Shown piece after piece: positions 1 through 11,796 of a stretch of 64,000 nt of DNA. Every line of letters begins with the position of its first letter. Position 1 is the stretch's first letter. The notes under the pieces were generated by a model. The model did no database searches. It was not told where the DNA came from and worked only from the letters and a program-made list of their open reading frames with translations. This DNA is from Gordonia sp. (in: high G+C Gram-positive bacteria) (lineage in GTDB: Bacteria > Actinomycetota > Actinomycetes > Mycobacteriales > Mycobacteriaceae): positions 27,645-91,644 of the forward strand of contig NZ_JBQEDL010000013.1 in NCBI RefSeq assembly GCF_052106715.1, in the 5' to 3' direction. A program made the position numbers and the translations under genes.

Positions 1-3000
1 GACAGAACGAATGGCTGGTCGAAGAAATGTACCAGCGATTCAAGACCGATCCCTCCTCCGTGGATCCGAGCTGGCATGAAGTACTGAAGAACTACAGTCC
101 CCCCAACGGCAACGCGCCCGCTTCGCCCGCACCCTCATCGACCCCCACAGCCCCGTCGACGCCTGCCCCCGCAGCGCAGAACTCGAACGCCGGGCAGAAC
201 TCGAACGCCGGGCAGCAGTCCAAGGCTGGGCACGCAGCTCCAGGCACCCCGATCGTCGCGCCGAAGCAGGCGGTGACGCTCGATGCCGAGCCCGCACGCA
301 CGCCTGCCGCGCCGCGGACCACCGCGACCCCGGAAGCCGCCGCGACCAAGGCCGCGTCGGGAACCAGTCGGTCGGCGTCGGCCGCGAAGGCGCAGAACGC
401 TCCGACCGAGGACGAGTCGAAGGTGCTCCGCGGTCCCGCCGCGGCGATCGTCCGCAATATGACCTCGTCGTTGGAGATCCCGACCGCGACCAGTGTGCGC
501 GCGATCCCAGCGAAGGCGATGATCGACAACCGCATCGTCGTCAACAACCACCTTGCGCGGACCCGCGGCGGCAAGGTCAGCTTCACGCACATCCTCGGCT
601 ACGCGATCGTCCAGGCGATCAAGGCGTTCCCGAACATGAACCGTCACTTCGGCGTCGTCGACGACAAGCCGAATGTGATCACTCCGGCACACACCAACCT
701 CGGACTGGCGATCGATCTGCCGGGTAAGAACGGTAGCCGCACGCTCGTCGTCGCGGCCATCAAGGAATGCGAGACCCTCGACTTCGCAGGCTTCGTCTCC
801 GCGTACGAGGACATCGTTCGCCGCGCCCGCGAAGGCAAGCTCGGCGCAGCCGACTTCGCAGGCGTCACGATCTCGCTCACCAACCCCGGCACCATCGGCA
901 CCGTCCACTCGGTCCCCCGGCTGATGCCCGGCCAGGGCGCCATCATCGGTGCCGGAGCCATGGAGTACCCGGCCGAGTTCCAGGGCGCGAGCGATCAGCA
1001 ACTCGCCGAGATGGGCATCGGCAAGCTGATGACCCTCACGTCGACATACGATCACCGGATCATCCAGGGCGCCGAATCGGGCGACTTCCTGCGCACCATT
1101 CACAACCTACTGATCGACGACGCGTTCTACGACGAGATCTTCACGTCGTTGCACATCCCGTACGAGCCGATCCGGTGGCGCAGGGACCTCCCCGCAGGCC
1201 TCGTCGACAAGAACACTCGCGTCCTCGAGCTGATCGCCGCCTACCGCAGCCGCGGCCACATGATGGCCGACACCGACCCGCTCTCGATGGAGTCGGACGC
1301 ACGGGCAGCTCACCCCGATCTGGACGTGCTCAACTACAACCTGACCCTGTGGGATCTGGACCGCACGTTCACCGTCGGCGGCTTCCACGGCCAGGACAAG
1401 ATGAAGCTGCGGGACGTCCTTTCGGTCCTGCGCGACGCGTACTGCCGCCACATCGGCGTCGAGTACACGCACATCCTGGACCCGGAACAGCAGCGCTGGC
1501 TGCAGGAACGCGTCGAGATCAAGCACGTCAAGCCGCCGGTTGCCGAGCAGAAGTACATTCTGAGCAAGCTCAACGCCGCCGAGGCATTCGAGACGTTCCT
1601 CGCCACCAAGTACGTCGGACAGAAGCGCTTCTCCCTGGAGGGCGCCGAGACCGTGATCCCGATGATGGACTCCGTCATCGACCGCGCAGCCGACCACAAC
1701 GTGCAGGAAGTCGTCATCGGCATGCCGCACCGCGGACGACTCAACGTCCTGGCGAACATCGTCGGCAAGCCGTACTCGAAGATCTTCACCGAGTTCGAGG
1801 GCAACCTCGGCCAGGCGCATACCCATGGGTCAGGCGACGTCAAGTACCACTTGGGCGCCGAAGGCACCTACTACCAGATGTTCGGGGACAACGAGATCAA
1901 CGTCTCGCTGACCGCTAACCCGAGCCACCTCGAAGCCGTCGACCCGGTGCTCGAGGGCATCGTCCGCGCCAAGCAGGACATGCTCGACGAGTCGCAGCAG
2001 TTCAAGATCCTGCCGCTGATGTTGCACGGCGATGCGTCGTTCGCGGGCCAGGGCGTTGTCGCCGAGACCCTCAACCTGTCGATGCTGCACGGCTACCGCA
2101 CAGGCGGCACCGTGCACATCGTGGTGAACAACCAGGTCGGCTTCACCACCGCACCGGAGTACTCGCGGTCGACGCAGTACTGCACCGACGTCGCCAAGAT
2201 GATCGGCGCGCCGGTCCTGCACGTCAACGGTGACGACCCGGAGGCCTGCGTGTGGGCGGCCAAGCTGGCCGTCGACTACCGCGAGGCGTTCAACCGCGAC
2301 GTCGTGATCGACTTGGTCTGCTACCGCCGCCGCGGCCACAACGAGGGCGACGACCCGTCGATGACGCAGCCGGCGATGTACGACGTCATCGAAAACATCC
2401 GCAGCGTCCGTAAGAGCTACACCGAATCACTGATCGGTCGTGGCGACATCTCCACCAAGGAGGCCGAGGACGCCCTGCGCGACTACCAGGGACAGCTGGA
2501 GCGCGTCTTCGTCGAGGTCAAGGAACTCAGTCGATTCACCCCTGAGGCGTCCCCGTCGGTCGAGGGCGAGCAGACGCTTCGCACCAAGCTCGTCACGGCC
2601 GTCCCGCAGGACCGTCTCAAGGAGATCGGCGACGCGTTCGTCAACCTCCCGGAGGGCTTCACCGCGCACCCGCGCGTCAAGCCGGTCATCAAACGTCGCA
2701 ACGAGATGACGACCAGCGGCGACGTCGACTGGTCGTTCGCCGAACTGATGGCGTTCGGGTCACTCGTACAGGAGGGCACCACTGTCCGACTGTCGGGACA
2801 GGACTCGCGCCGCGGCACCTTCACTCAGCGGCACTCGGTGCTCATCGACCGGGAGAACGGTTCGGAGTACACACCGTTGAACCATCTCGGCGATGACGCG
2901 AGCGGCCGTTTCCTCGCGTACGACTCGCCGCTCTCGGAGTTCGCGGTCCTCGGCTTCGAATACGGTTACGCCGTCGCGAACCCGGACGCGCTCGTCCTCT

Positions 3001-3764
3001 GGGAGGCGCAGTTCGGCGACTTCGTGAACGGTGCGCAGTCGATCATCGATGAGTTCATCAGCTCCGGTGAAGCCAAGTGGGGACAGCGCAGCGACGTCGT
3101 CCTGCTGCTGCCGCACGGTCACGAGGGTCAAGGCCCCGACCACACGTCGGGCCGTATCGAGCGCTTCCTGCAGTTGTGCGCCGAAGGCTCGATGACGGTC
3201 GCGCTGCCGTCGACACCTGCCAGCTACTTCCACCTCCTGCGTCGTCACGTCCACGACGGCATCAGCCGTCCGCTGGTCGTGTTCACGCCGAAGTCGATGC
3301 TGCGCAACAAGGCTGCGGTCTCTCCGATCGAAGACTTCACCGACGGCAAGTTCCAGTCGGTGATCGACGATCCGCGGTTCCAGAAGAACGGTGCCGACCG
3401 CAACGCCGTCAAGCGCGTTCGGCTCGTCAGCGGCAAGCTCTACTACGAGTTGGCCGCCCGGCAGGAGAAGGACAGCCGTGACGACGTCGCGATCATCCGC
3501 GTCGAGCAGTTGTACCCGGTGCCGCACCGTAGGCTGGCACGCACACTCGAGCAGTACCCGAACGCGACCGACTTCGCGTGGGTCCAGGAAGAACCGGCCA
3601 ACCAGGGTCCGTGGCCGTTCCTCGGCCTGTGGTTACCCGAGTTGGTTCCGGCACTGCAGGGCCTGCGTCGCATCTCGCGGCGCCCGATGTCGGCACCGTC
3701 GTCGGGGATGAGCAAGGTCCACGCCGTCGAGCAGGCCGAGATCATCGACACCTCATTCGAGTAG
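1..3764 (+). CDS. kgd: Multifunctional 2-oxoglutarate dehydrogenase/decarboxylase E1 with fused E2-like succinyltransferase domain (Kgd/OdhA type); 5' end cut by window edge
   Basis: The frame is open from nt 3. [26 protein letters not shown] is the conserved Kgd/OdhA N-terminus, so the true start lies just upstream of the window; the first in-window ATG is at 27. Pro/Ala-rich linker, E2 acyltransferase block ([16 protein letters not shown]), ThDP E1 core ([24 protein letters not shown]). Size matches Rv1248c. Confidence 0.95.
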   Translation, partial: QNEWLVEEMYQRFKTDPSSVDPSWHEVLKNYSPPNGNAPASPAPSSTPTAPSTPAPAAQNSNAGQNSNAGQQSKAGHAAPGTPIVAPKQAVTLDAEPARTPAAPRTTATPEAAATKAASGTSRSASAAKAQNAPTEDESKVLRGPAAAIVRNMTSSLEIPTATSVRAIPAKAMIDNRIVVNNHLARTRGGKVSFTHILGYAIVQAIKAFPNMNRHFGVVDDKPNVITPAHTNLGLAIDLPGKNGSRTLVVAAIKECETLDFAGFVSAYEDIVRRAREGKLGAADFAGVTISLTNPGTIGTVHSVPRLMPGQGAIIGAGAMEYPAEFQGASDQQLAEMGIGKLMTLTSTYDHRIIQGAESGDFLRTIHNLLIDDAFYDEIFTSLHIPYEPIRWRRDLPAGLVDKNTRVLELIAAYRSRGHMMADTDPLSMESDARAAHPDLDVLNYNLTLWDLDRTFTVGGFHGQDKMKLRDVLSVLRDAYCRHIGVEYTHILDPEQQRWLQERVEIKHVKPPVAEQKYILSKLNAAEAFETFLATKYVGQKRFSLEGAETVIPMMDSVIDRAADHNVQEVVIGMPHRGRLNVLANIVGKPYSKIFTEFEGNLGQAHTHGSGDVKYHLGAEGTYYQMFGDNEINVSLTANPSHLEAVDPVLEGIVRAKQDMLDESQQFKILPLMLHGDASFAGQGVVAETLNLSMLHGYRTGGTVHIVVNNQVGFTTAPEYSRSTQYCTDVAKMIGAPVLHVNGDDPEACVWAAKLAVDYREAFNRDVVIDLVCYRRRGHNEGDDPSMTQPAMYDVIENIRSVRKSYTESLIGRGDISTKEAEDALRDYQGQLERVFVEVKELSRFTPEASPSVEGEQTLRTKLVTAVPQDRLKEIGDAFVNLPEGFTAHPRVKPVIKRRNEMTTSGDVDWSFAELMAFGSLVQEGTTVRLSGQDSRRGTFTQRHSVLIDRENGSEYTPLNHLGDDASGRFLAYDSPLSEFAVLGFEYGYAVANPDALVLWEAQFGDFVNGAQSIIDEFISSGEAKWGQRSDVVLLLPHGHEGQGPDHTSGRIERFLQLCAEGSMTVALPSTPASYFHLLRRHVHDGISRPLVVFTPKSMLRNKAAVSPIEDFTDGKFQSVIDDPRFQKNGADRNAVKRVRLVSGKLYYELAARQEKDSRDDVAIIRVEQLYPVPHRRLARTLEQYPNATDFAWVQEEPANQGPWPFLGLWLPELVPALQGLRRISRRPMSAPSSGMSKVHAVEQAEIIDTSFE

Positions 3765-3780
3765 GCCGAACGACGAACTG

Positions 3781-3812
3781 AGCCCGGACCCCCTACGGAG
3801 GGTCCGGGCTCT
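3781..3812. terminator. Bidirectional stem-loop between convergent kgd and TetR gene
   Basis: Perfect 12-bp stem GAGCCCGGACCC (3781-3792) / GGGTCCGGGCTC (3801-3812) with an 8-nt loop, followed by TCTTCGTCTGTT. It starts 17 nt after the kgd stop. Confidence 0.7.
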
Positions 3813-3853
3813 TCGTCTGTTCGGACGGCAGCGGCAGGCGCCGTGTCACATGA

Positions 3854-4480
3854 TCACGGTGCTCCGGCAACAGTGTCGCCGACCAGGCGCGCCAGCACCG
3901 GCAGCGCAGCGACGAGGACCTCGATCAACTGTTCGCGCGTCATGACCGGGTCGGCAAGCCAGCGGACGAGGGTCTCCTCGACGAAGGCCATCCACCCTGC
4001 GACTGCGACCTCCGTCGACCGCGAACGTTCCATCCCCATCTCGGGCGCACGCTCGAGTATGCGTTCGGACATCACCGCGCGCGTTCGGTCGGCTACCTCG
4101 CGGATGTCGGGATCTGCGCTGGCCGCTCCCCGGATGACCCCGATGAAGGCGTGCCCCTTCTCGGACACATAGTCCACATAGGCGGTGACCGACGAGTGCA
4201 AGACTTCCAGTACGTCGGTGACGTCCTCCCTCGGCGCAGTTCGATCGAGCATCCCCTGGGCCTGTTCGCTGACCACCTGCAGATGGAAGTCGGCCTTCGA
4301 CTCAAAGTAGTGAAAGATCAGTCCCTTGGACACTCCTGCGGCTTCGGCTACGGCTTCGATGGTGATCGACTCCAGCGGACGCTCTCCCGCCATCGCGATG
4401 CCGAGGTCGATGAGCTGACGACGCCGTGCGCCCGGACTCATCCGTGTTCTCGAAGCTGTCATATGTCCACAGTAAGTCAC
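3854..4480 (-). CDS. TetR family transcriptional regulator
   Basis: N-terminal HTH signature (ITIEAVAEAAGVSKGLIFHYFESKADF). About 200 aa, divergent from the monooxygenase operon. An alternative ATG start lies at 4462. Confidence 0.85.
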   Translation of the reverse strand: MTYCGHMTASRTRMSPGARRRQLIDLGIAMAGERPLESITIEAVAEAAGVSKGLIFHYFESKADFHLQVVSEQAQGMLDRTAPREDVTDVLEVLHSSVTAYVDYVSEKGHAFIGVIRGAASADPDIREVADRTRAVMSERILERAPEMGMERSRSTEVAVAGWMAFVEETLVRWLADPVMTREQLIEVLVAALPVLARLVGDTVAGAP

Positions 4481-4519
4481 TATTGACTCAGGTTCAATTG
4501 TCTATTGACTCGCATTCAA
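4481..4519. promoter_or_regulatory. Two tandem candidate TetR operator sites in the divergent promoter region
   Basis: TATTGACTC occurs at 4481-4489 and 4503-4511 (9/9 identical, 22-nt period). Each starts a small inverted repeat: ATTGA-N7-TCAAT at 4482-4498 and ATTGA-N7-TCAA at 4504-4519. Confidence 0.5.
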
Positions 4520-4540
4520 CAACGCCTTATTGTGGAGACC

Positions 4541-6055
4541 ATGACAACGCATGATGTAGAGATCGCGATCATCGGCGCCGGGTTCTCGGGCCTCGGCGCG
4601 GCCATCAAACTGGCCCAAGCAGGCGAAGACGACTACGTCGTCCTCGATCGCGGCTCCGACTTCGGTGGAACCTGGCGAGACAACGTGTACCCGGGCGCGG
4701 CGTGCGATGTCCCGTCGCATCTGTACTCCTACTCGTTCGCGCAGAACCCCGACTGGAGTCGGTCATACTCCCATCAGCCCGAGATCCACCGCTACATCAA
4801 CGCCGTTGCCGACGAGCACCGCATCGCCGAACGGACCTGGTTTCACACCGACGTCGTCAGCGCCGACTGGGACGACGACGAGGCGCGCTGGACGATCCAC
4901 GCCGAGCGCGACGGCACGCCCGTGACCGTTCGCGCCCGCACGGTCGTCGGAGGCATCGGCCCGCTATGCGAGCCGAACCTCCCCGACATCAAGGGAATCG
5001 ACGGTTTCGACGGCACCATCGTCCACACCGCGAGGTGGGACACAGACTTCGATTTCACGGGTAAGCGAGTCGCCGTCATCGGCACCGGCGCATCGGCCAT
5101 CCAGGTGGTGCCCGAACTCGGCAAGGTGGTCGGCCACCTGGATGTGTACCAGCGCACCGCGCCGTGGATCATCCCGCGTAACGAGCGCCCCTACCTCGCC
5201 GCCGAGAACTGGGCATTCAAGAACGTGCCCGGACTGCAGAACCTGATCCGCGGCACTATCTACACCGCCAACGAGGCAGTCGCCGCCGGTATGACGTTCG
5301 CACCGAAGGCGCTCAAGCCCGTCGAGGCGATCTGCCGAGGCAATATCTTCCGCGGTATCCGCGACCCGGAACTCCGTAAGGCCGTGACCCCGACGTTCGC
5401 TGTCGGCTGCAAGCGCATCCTGAAGTCGAACGAGTGGTACCCGACCCTCGACCGGGCGAACGTCGACCTGGTGACCGACCCGATCGCCGAGATCACCGAG
5501 ACCGGCGTCGTCACCGCGAGCGGCACTGCGCGCGATGTCGACGTGATCGTGGTCGCGACCGGATTCCATGTCACCGACTCCCCCGCCTTCGAGACCATCC
5601 GCGGCGTCGCCGGCAAGAGTCTCGCCGACGTCTGGGCGACTGGCGGCATGCAGGCGTACAAGGGCTCGTTCGTCCACGGCTTCCCGAACCTGATGTTGCT
5701 CGTCGGACCGTCGACCGGCCTCGGCCACACCTCGATGGTGTACATGATCGAGTCCCAACTCAATTATCTGGTCGACTACGTCCGCAAGACGCGCGAGGCC
5801 GGGATCGGCCGCACCGAGGTGAAGCGCGAAGCGCAGGACCGCTACAACGACAAATTGCAGCACGCACTGCGCAACAGTGTGTGGGAGACCGGCGGCTGCG
5901 CGTCCTGGTACAAAGACGTGAACGGCAAGATCACCTCCTTGTGGCCGGGCTTCACGTTCACCTTCCGCAACAACACCCGTGAGTTCGACGTGGCGGCGTA
6001 CGACGTGACACCGCGCGTCGAGTCGACCGACTTGGCCTCCGCGACCGGCGCCTGA
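4541..6055 (+). CDS. Type I Baeyer-Villiger (flavin-containing) monooxygenase
   Basis: FAD Rossmann motif GAGFSGLG, second dinucleotide motif GTGASA, and BVMO fingerprint FxGxxxHxxxWD (FDGTIVHTARWD). ATG 4541 is preceded by GGAGA; the ORF-track start at 4505 would lie inside the operator region. Confidence 0.85.
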   Translation: MTTHDVEIAIIGAGFSGLGAAIKLAQAGEDDYVVLDRGSDFGGTWRDNVYPGAACDVPSHLYSYSFAQNPDWSRSYSHQPEIHRYINAVADEHRIAERTWFHTDVVSADWDDDEARWTIHAERDGTPVTVRARTVVGGIGPLCEPNLPDIKGIDGFDGTIVHTARWDTDFDFTGKRVAVIGTGASAIQVVPELGKVVGHLDVYQRTAPWIIPRNERPYLAAENWAFKNVPGLQNLIRGTIYTANEAVAAGMTFAPKALKPVEAICRGNIFRGIRDPELRKAVTPTFAVGCKRILKSNEWYPTLDRANVDLVTDPIAEITETGVVTASGTARDVDVIVVATGFHVTDSPAFETIRGVAGKSLADVWATGGMQAYKGSFVHGFPNLMLLVGPSTGLGHTSMVYMIESQLNYLVDYVRKTREAGIGRTEVKREAQDRYNDKLQHALRNSVWETGGCASWYKDVNGKITSLWPGFTFTFRNNTREFDVAAYDVTPRVESTDLASATGA

Positions 6056-6100
6056 CCTTCTCAGCACAGCATCAACCACCGACGAAACACGAGGACACCA

Positions 6101-6934
6101 GTGAAAGACTTCCGTAACAAGGTCATCGTCATCACCGGCGCAGGTTCGGGCATGGGCCGCGACCTCGCCGTCCAGCTGGGACGACGCGGCGCGAAACTCG
6201 CGATCTCGGACATGAATCCCGACGGTCTCGCCGAGACCGAGCGTCTGGTGACGCAGACCGGAGCGCAGGTTCATTCTCAGATCCTGAATGTCGCTGAACG
6301 CGAGGCCTTCCTCGAGTACGCCGACACCGTCGCCGCGCACTACGGAACGGTCAACGCGGTCTTCAACAACGCGGGCATCGCGCACCATGGCGAAGTGGAG
6401 CACACCGAGTTCAAGGACATCGAGCGTGTGATGGACGTCGACTACTGGGGCGTGGTGAACGGGACCAAGGCGTTCCTGCCGTACATCATCGCGTCCGGCG
6501 ACGGCCACATCGTCAACACGTCGTCGTTGTTCGGCATCCTCGCCGAACCCGGTCAGGCGGCCTACAACTCGGCGAAGTTCGCGGTCCGGGGCTTCACCGA
6601 GGCGCTCAACCAGGAAATGATCATCGCCGGCCATCCGGTCAAGGTGACGTGTGTGCATCCGGGCGGGATCAAGACGGCGATCGCCCGCAACGCGACGACG
6701 TCCGGCGACCACGACGCGAAGGCCACCGCGGCCCTGTTCGACAAGTATCTGGCGAACACGACGTCGGAGAAGGCTGCAGAGATCATCATCAAGGCCGTCG
6801 AACGCGAGCACGCACGCGTCCTCGTCGGCGCCGACGCGAAGATCCTGGATCTGTCCGTACGACTGGTGGCGTCCAAGTATCAGGGCATCAGCGCTCACGT
6901 CACCGGCTGGGCGATGAAGAAGCTCGCCAAGTAG
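6101..6934 (+). CDS. Short-chain dehydrogenase/reductase (SDR) family oxidoreductase
   Basis: TGAGSGMG cofactor motif, NNAG, and catalytic YNSAK. GTG start. Positional and sequence counterpart of Rv1245c. Confidence 0.9.
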   Translation: MKDFRNKVIVITGAGSGMGRDLAVQLGRRGAKLAISDMNPDGLAETERLVTQTGAQVHSQILNVAEREAFLEYADTVAAHYGTVNAVFNNAGIAHHGEVEHTEFKDIERVMDVDYWGVVNGTKAFLPYIIASGDGHIVNTSSLFGILAEPGQAAYNSAKFAVRGFTEALNQEMIIAGHPVKVTCVHPGGIKTAIARNATTSGDHDAKATAALFDKYLANTTSEKAAEIIIKAVEREHARVLVGADAKILDLSVRLVASKYQGISAHVTGWAMKKLAK

Positions 6935-6972
6935 TTCTGGACAGTCAAGTAGTTCTGGACAGTCACGTAGTT
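6929..6972. repeat. 18-bp tandem duplication spanning the SDR stop codon
   Basis: AAGTAGTTCTGGACAGTC at 6929-6946 is repeated exactly at 6947-6964, followed by the partial copy ACGTAGTT (6965-6972). The first unit contains the TAG stop (6932-6934). Confidence 0.9.
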
Positions 6973-6980
6973 TTGCCGGA

Positions 6981-7017
6981 GTCGAGCACTCATAGAACTC
7001 GACCGAGTCAAGACCCC
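6981..7017. repeat. Hairpin plus degenerate copy of the dispersed junction element
   Basis: GTCGAG (6981-6986) / CTCGAC (6998-7003) form a 6-bp stem. CTCGACCGAGTCAAGACCCC (6998-7017) resembles the right half of the 24-nt element at 35706, 38741 and 59892. Lies in a convergent spacer. Confidence 0.4.
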
Positions 7018-7018
7018 G

Positions 7019-7891
7019 TCACACGCCGTTCGTCGACAACCACTGTCGGGCGACGGTACGCGGATCGGCACCGCCTCGGACCTCGCGCACCATCTGCGCG
7101 AGGTCCGCTGTCGTCAATTCGCCCGCGACCCGGCTGAGAGCCTTGAGCTGGGGCTTCTCCATCTGCCCACTCGCGAACACGGGAACGAGCTGCTGCGCGA
7201 TCGGCGCGCCTTCGGACTGCAGCGTCTGCACCCCGGTCAGGTCTTCGACCGAGGCGGAGTCGAGTGCCGTGGTCAACGCGAGCGCGTCACCGCTGCGAAC
7301 CCTCGACACGAGTTCGTCGGTCGTCGCGACCGTCTGCACCGGGCCGTGGTGACAGGCGGCGACCGCGTCGAGAACCGACTTCCCGGGGTCTCGGGTCACC
7401 AGCAGCGGCAACCCGGCGGGGAGTCGCCCGCAATCGGCGAGCTTCTCGGCGCCTGCGTCTTCGATCGCCTTTTGCTGCGCGAGGACCTGCCACCGGTCCG
7501 ACACGAGCGACGGGTCGCCGATCGACACCTGTTGGGGCAGCGACCGGTTGACGTCGGCGAGCACGTCCTGCGCCGTCAGGGCCTTTGGCGCCGGAGTCAA
7601 CTGAACCAGCAGATCCCCTGTGAACGAGGGGAACAGGCCGAGCTCACCCGACGCGACCTGGTCGAGTAGCTCTCCCTGCGACGCCGAGTCGGAATTCGTC
7701 TGGACCGCGATACCGGTGCGCGCCAGCGCGCCCGCGTAGACCGCGGCCGCAGTCCGCGACTCGACCGACGCGTCGTGTCCGACGGTCAGCGCAGGATCAT
7801 CATCGCTGCATGCTGTCAATGAGACCGCCATGACCGCCGCCGCGACTGCCGCCGTGAATCGTCCCGCTGTGAACCGCTGTTGAATGCCCAT
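7019..7891 (-). CDS. Lipoprotein with glycine-betaine/osmoprotectant ABC substrate-binding fold (LpqZ-like)
   Basis: Signal peptide with lipobox (AVSLTAC). FPSFTGDLL-type OpuAC-family motif. Positional counterpart of Rv1244 (lpqZ). Start chosen at MGIQQRF (7891); the ORF extends to 7921. Confidence 0.75.
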   Translation of the reverse strand: MGIQQRFTAGRFTAAVAAAVMAVSLTACSDDDPALTVGHDASVESRTAAAVYAGALARTGIAVQTNSDSASQGELLDQVASGELGLFPSFTGDLLVQLTPAPKALTAQDVLADVNRSLPQQVSIGDPSLVSDRWQVLAQQKAIEDAGAEKLADCGRLPAGLPLLVTRDPGKSVLDAVAACHHGPVQTVATTDELVSRVRSGDALALTTALDSASVEDLTGVQTLQSEGAPIAQQLVPVFASGQMEKPQLKALSRVAGELTTADLAQMVREVRGGADPRTVARQWLSTNGV

Positions 7892-7986
7892 CACGATGCA
7901 ACGGTAGTCGACGCCGGTCACCGCACCACCGATCCTGTCTGTCCGGACGCGATCATCGACCCCGCACCACCGGTAGCATCAAGACA

Positions 7987-9114
7987 ATGCCGTCCATTCC
8001 GCGTATGTTGCAGCCGGGAAACCGAGGATCGGGTCGAACCCCCGCGGATCCGCGCACCCCTCCGGTGCCTGCAGCACGAGCCGTCGTCGACTGCGGTGTC
8101 TACGTCGGCGGCGTACGCCAGCAGAACTCGAACGACTTCCGAAGAGCCCTCCGGCAGGTCCGGGAGTCCGGTGAGGGCTTCGTCTGGCTCGGCCTGCACC
8201 ACCCCGACGAGCGGCAGATGAACAACGTCGCCGAAGCGTTCGGCCTACACCCGTTGATGGTCGAGGACGCGGTCCACGCTCATCAGCGACCGAAACTCGA
8301 ACTGTACGACGACACAGTCTTCCTCGTGCTGCGGACCATCAGCTACGTCGACCACGATTCCCTCGAGGTGGCCAACGACATCGTCGAGACCGGCGAGATC
8401 ATGGTGCTCGCGGGCAGCGACTTCGTCATCACGGTCCGTCACGGCGACCACACACACCTGGCCGGGGTCCGCCAGCGGCTCGAGCACATGACCGATCAAC
8501 TCGGTCTCGGCCCCGCAGCCGTCGTCCACGCCGTCGCCGACCGTGTCGTCGACAGCTATCTCGCGGTGGTCTCGGAGATGGAGTCCGACGTCGACGAGAT
8601 CGAGGAGCGAGTCTTCTCCGCGAAGCACAACGACGTCGACATCGACGTAGTTTATCTGTTCAAACGTGAGGTACTCGAACTGCAGCGCGCCCTGAATCCG
8701 CTCGCAGTGCCATTGGCGCGGCTCTCCGGCAACAAGTCGGCGGTGGACGCCGCGCCCATCCATTTCGAGACTCAGGTGTCGTCCAACGGCAAGGAGATCC
8801 GCAGGCACTTCCGGGACGTCGCAGATCATCTGACGCAGACGATCGATCTGGTCGCCGAGTACGACGAACGTCTCACGACGCTCCTCAACGCTGCCGCGAC
8901 GAAGGTCTCGATCCAACAGAACACCGACATGCGCAAGATCTCGTCGTGGGCCGCTATCGCCGCCGTTCCCACTGCGATCGCAGGCATCTACGGCATGAAC
9001 TTCGACCACATGCCCGAAACCCACTGGGCCTACAGCTATCCGGTCCTGCTGCTCATCATGGCGTGTATCTGCACCGTCCTCTGGCGCACTCTGCGCCGCA
9101 ACCACTGGTTGTAG
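7987..9114 (+). CDS. corA: CorA family magnesium/cobalt transporter
   Basis: C-terminal two TM helices with the YGMNF signature (IAGIYGMNFDHMPE). N-terminal region resembles Rv1239c. Confidence 0.9.
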   Translation: MPSIPRMLQPGNRGSGRTPADPRTPPVPAARAVVDCGVYVGGVRQQNSNDFRRALRQVRESGEGFVWLGLHHPDERQMNNVAEAFGLHPLMVEDAVHAHQRPKLELYDDTVFLVLRTISYVDHDSLEVANDIVETGEIMVLAGSDFVITVRHGDHTHLAGVRQRLEHMTDQLGLGPAAVVHAVADRVVDSYLAVVSEMESDVDEIEERVFSAKHNDVDIDVVYLFKREVLELQRALNPLAVPLARLSGNKSAVDAAPIHFETQVSSNGKEIRRHFRDVADHLTQTIDLVAEYDERLTTLLNAAATKVSIQQNTDMRKISSWAAIAAVPTAIAGIYGMNFDHMPETHWAYSYPVLLLIMACICTVLWRTLRRNHWL

Positions 9115-9153
9115 GGGCTCGACGGCCGACGGCGCGAGGTCGACCTCAGCCCG
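9114..9153. terminator. Stem-loop / palindrome in the corA-SUFU convergent spacer
   Basis: Outer stem GGGGCT (9114-9119) / AGCCCC (9148-9153). Inner perfect 12-bp palindrome GAGGTCGACCTC (9136-9147), which resembles the right half of the dispersed junction element. Confidence 0.4.
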
Positions 9154-9748
9154 GGGTGACCGCCGAACGCGTCGGATCGGCGATGTCGACGCCCGCCTCG
9201 GTCCAGGCTTCGCGCAGGGCGTCGGCCCCCTTCAGACGGACCCAGGCTGCTTCGTTCGCGGTGATCGGGACGGCCCGCAAGAAGTGGACCGGATCGGCGG
9301 GTTCGTCGAGCGACAGATCGGCGATTTCAGTGTCGCCGGTCAGCAGAAACGCCGAACAGATCGCGCCGGCCCACAGCGGCTCCTGGAGATCGACGAGCGA
9401 GTCCTCGCCGAGGATGAGGCCTTCAACCGCGGGCGCGGCCGCGAGCGTCGCCAGCGACTTGTGCAGCCCGGGGAGCGCGGACACCGCACGCATGCGGACG
9501 ACCGCTTCGGCACGCGGCCCGCGGTCCGGGTCCGGTGCGAGATCGTTGGGGTCGTGCATCGGGTGCCGGGAACAACCGACCGTCGCGAACACGAGGTCGT
9601 CCCCGTCGACGAAGCGGAGAACCTCGATCGGCTCAAGCCCGAGGAAGGTCACCGACGCTCGCTGAGGTACGGACCCGACGACACCCGACACGTGCTTGAC
9701 CACCAGACCGGCGATCGATCCCGACGTTGAACTCACTCGACCAGTCAA
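9146..9748 (-). CDS. Suppressor-of-fused (SUFU) domain protein
   Basis: About 200 aa with a C-terminal block (VHFLRAVPITANEAAWVRLKGADAL) typical of bacterial SUFU-like proteins. High GC3. Confidence 0.6.
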   Translation of the reverse strand: MTGRVSSTSGSIAGLVVKHVSGVVGSVPQRASVTFLGLEPIEVLRFVDGDDLVFATVGCSRHPMHDPNDLAPDPDRGPRAEAVVRMRAVSALPGLHKSLATLAAAPAVEGLILGEDSLVDLQEPLWAGAICSAFLLTGDTEIADLSLDEPADPVHFLRAVPITANEAAWVRLKGADALREAWTEAGVDIADPTRSAVTPG

Positions 9749-9785
9749 TCACGGAGCGACCGACCCAGACGTGTCGGCGCGGACC

Positions 9786-10955
<1,170 letters not shown>

Positions 10956-10958
10956 GGG

Positions 10959-11789
10959 TTATCCCTTCACGGCGCCGGAGGTGAGCCCGGCCACGATACG
11001 GCGTTGGAAGAAGAGTACGAAGATGATGATCGGAATGGTGATGACGACGGCTGCTGCCGCAATGGCACCGGTCGGTTCCTCGAACTGACTGACGCCGGTG
11101 AAGTTGGCGATCGCGACCGGAGCCGTCTGCGCCCGTTCCGTCGACGTCAACGACAGGGCCAGAAGCAGATCGTTCCAGGCGAAGACGAACACGAGGATCG
11201 CGGCAGTGACCACGCCCGGAGCCGCGAGCGGCAGGATCACGCGGCGGAACGCCTGACCGGGCGACGCGCCGTCCATCTGCGCTGCCTTCTCCAGTTCCCA
11301 CGGGATCTCGCGGAAGAATGCCGACTGAATGTAGATCGCCAACGGCAACGCGAACGCCACGTACGGGATGATCAGGCCGGGCCAGGTGTCGAACAGGCCG
11401 ATGCTGCGTTCGATGTTGAACAGCGGGGTCACCAGCGAGATCTGCGGGAACATCGCGATCAGCAGGGCCGCGCCCACGAGCAGCTTCTTGCCGGGGAATT
11501 CCAGTCGCGCGATGGCGTATGCCGCCATCGTGCCGAGTACCACTGCGATGACAGTGGCGATGAGGCCGATGCCGATCGAGTTGATGAGACCCGAGGTGAA
11601 GAACCCGGTGTCGAAGATGCTCCGGTAGTTCTCTAGCGTCCAGGAGTTCGGGATGAAGTTGCCGTCGGTGACGGTGCCCGGACTCTTGAACGACAGGCTG
11701 ATGATCCACCACAGCGGAATGATCGCGTAGAGCACCACCAGGGTGTTCGCGATCAGCCATCCGGCGCGGCGACGATTGAGAGCAGTCAT
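10959..11789 (-). CDS. sugB: Trehalose ABC importer permease SugB
   Basis: Six-TM MalG-type permease with an EAA loop ([22 protein letters not shown]). Separated from sugC by 3 nt. Confidence 0.9.
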   Translation of the reverse strand: MTALNRRRAGWLIANTLVVLYAIIPLWWIISLSFKSPGTVTDGNFIPNSWTLENYRSIFDTGFFTSGLINSIGIGLIATVIAVVLGTMAAYAIARLEFPGKKLLVGAALLIAMFPQISLVTPLFNIERSIGLFDTWPGLIIPYVAFALPLAIYIQSAFFREIPWELEKAAQMDGASPGQAFRRVILPLAAPGVVTAAILVFVFAWNDLLLALSLTSTERAQTAPVAIANFTGVSQFEEPTGAIAAAAVVITIPIIIFVLFFQRRIVAGLTSGAVKG

Positions 11790-11796
11790 TCTCCCG

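Noticed and set aside
4964-6898. 644-aa ORF on the minus strand, antisense to the BVMO and SDR genes
   Set aside because: It has the Arg/Gly/Ala/Asp-rich composition typical of antisense frames in high-GC DNA. It spans two well-supported sense genes and their spacer, and I recognise no motif in it.
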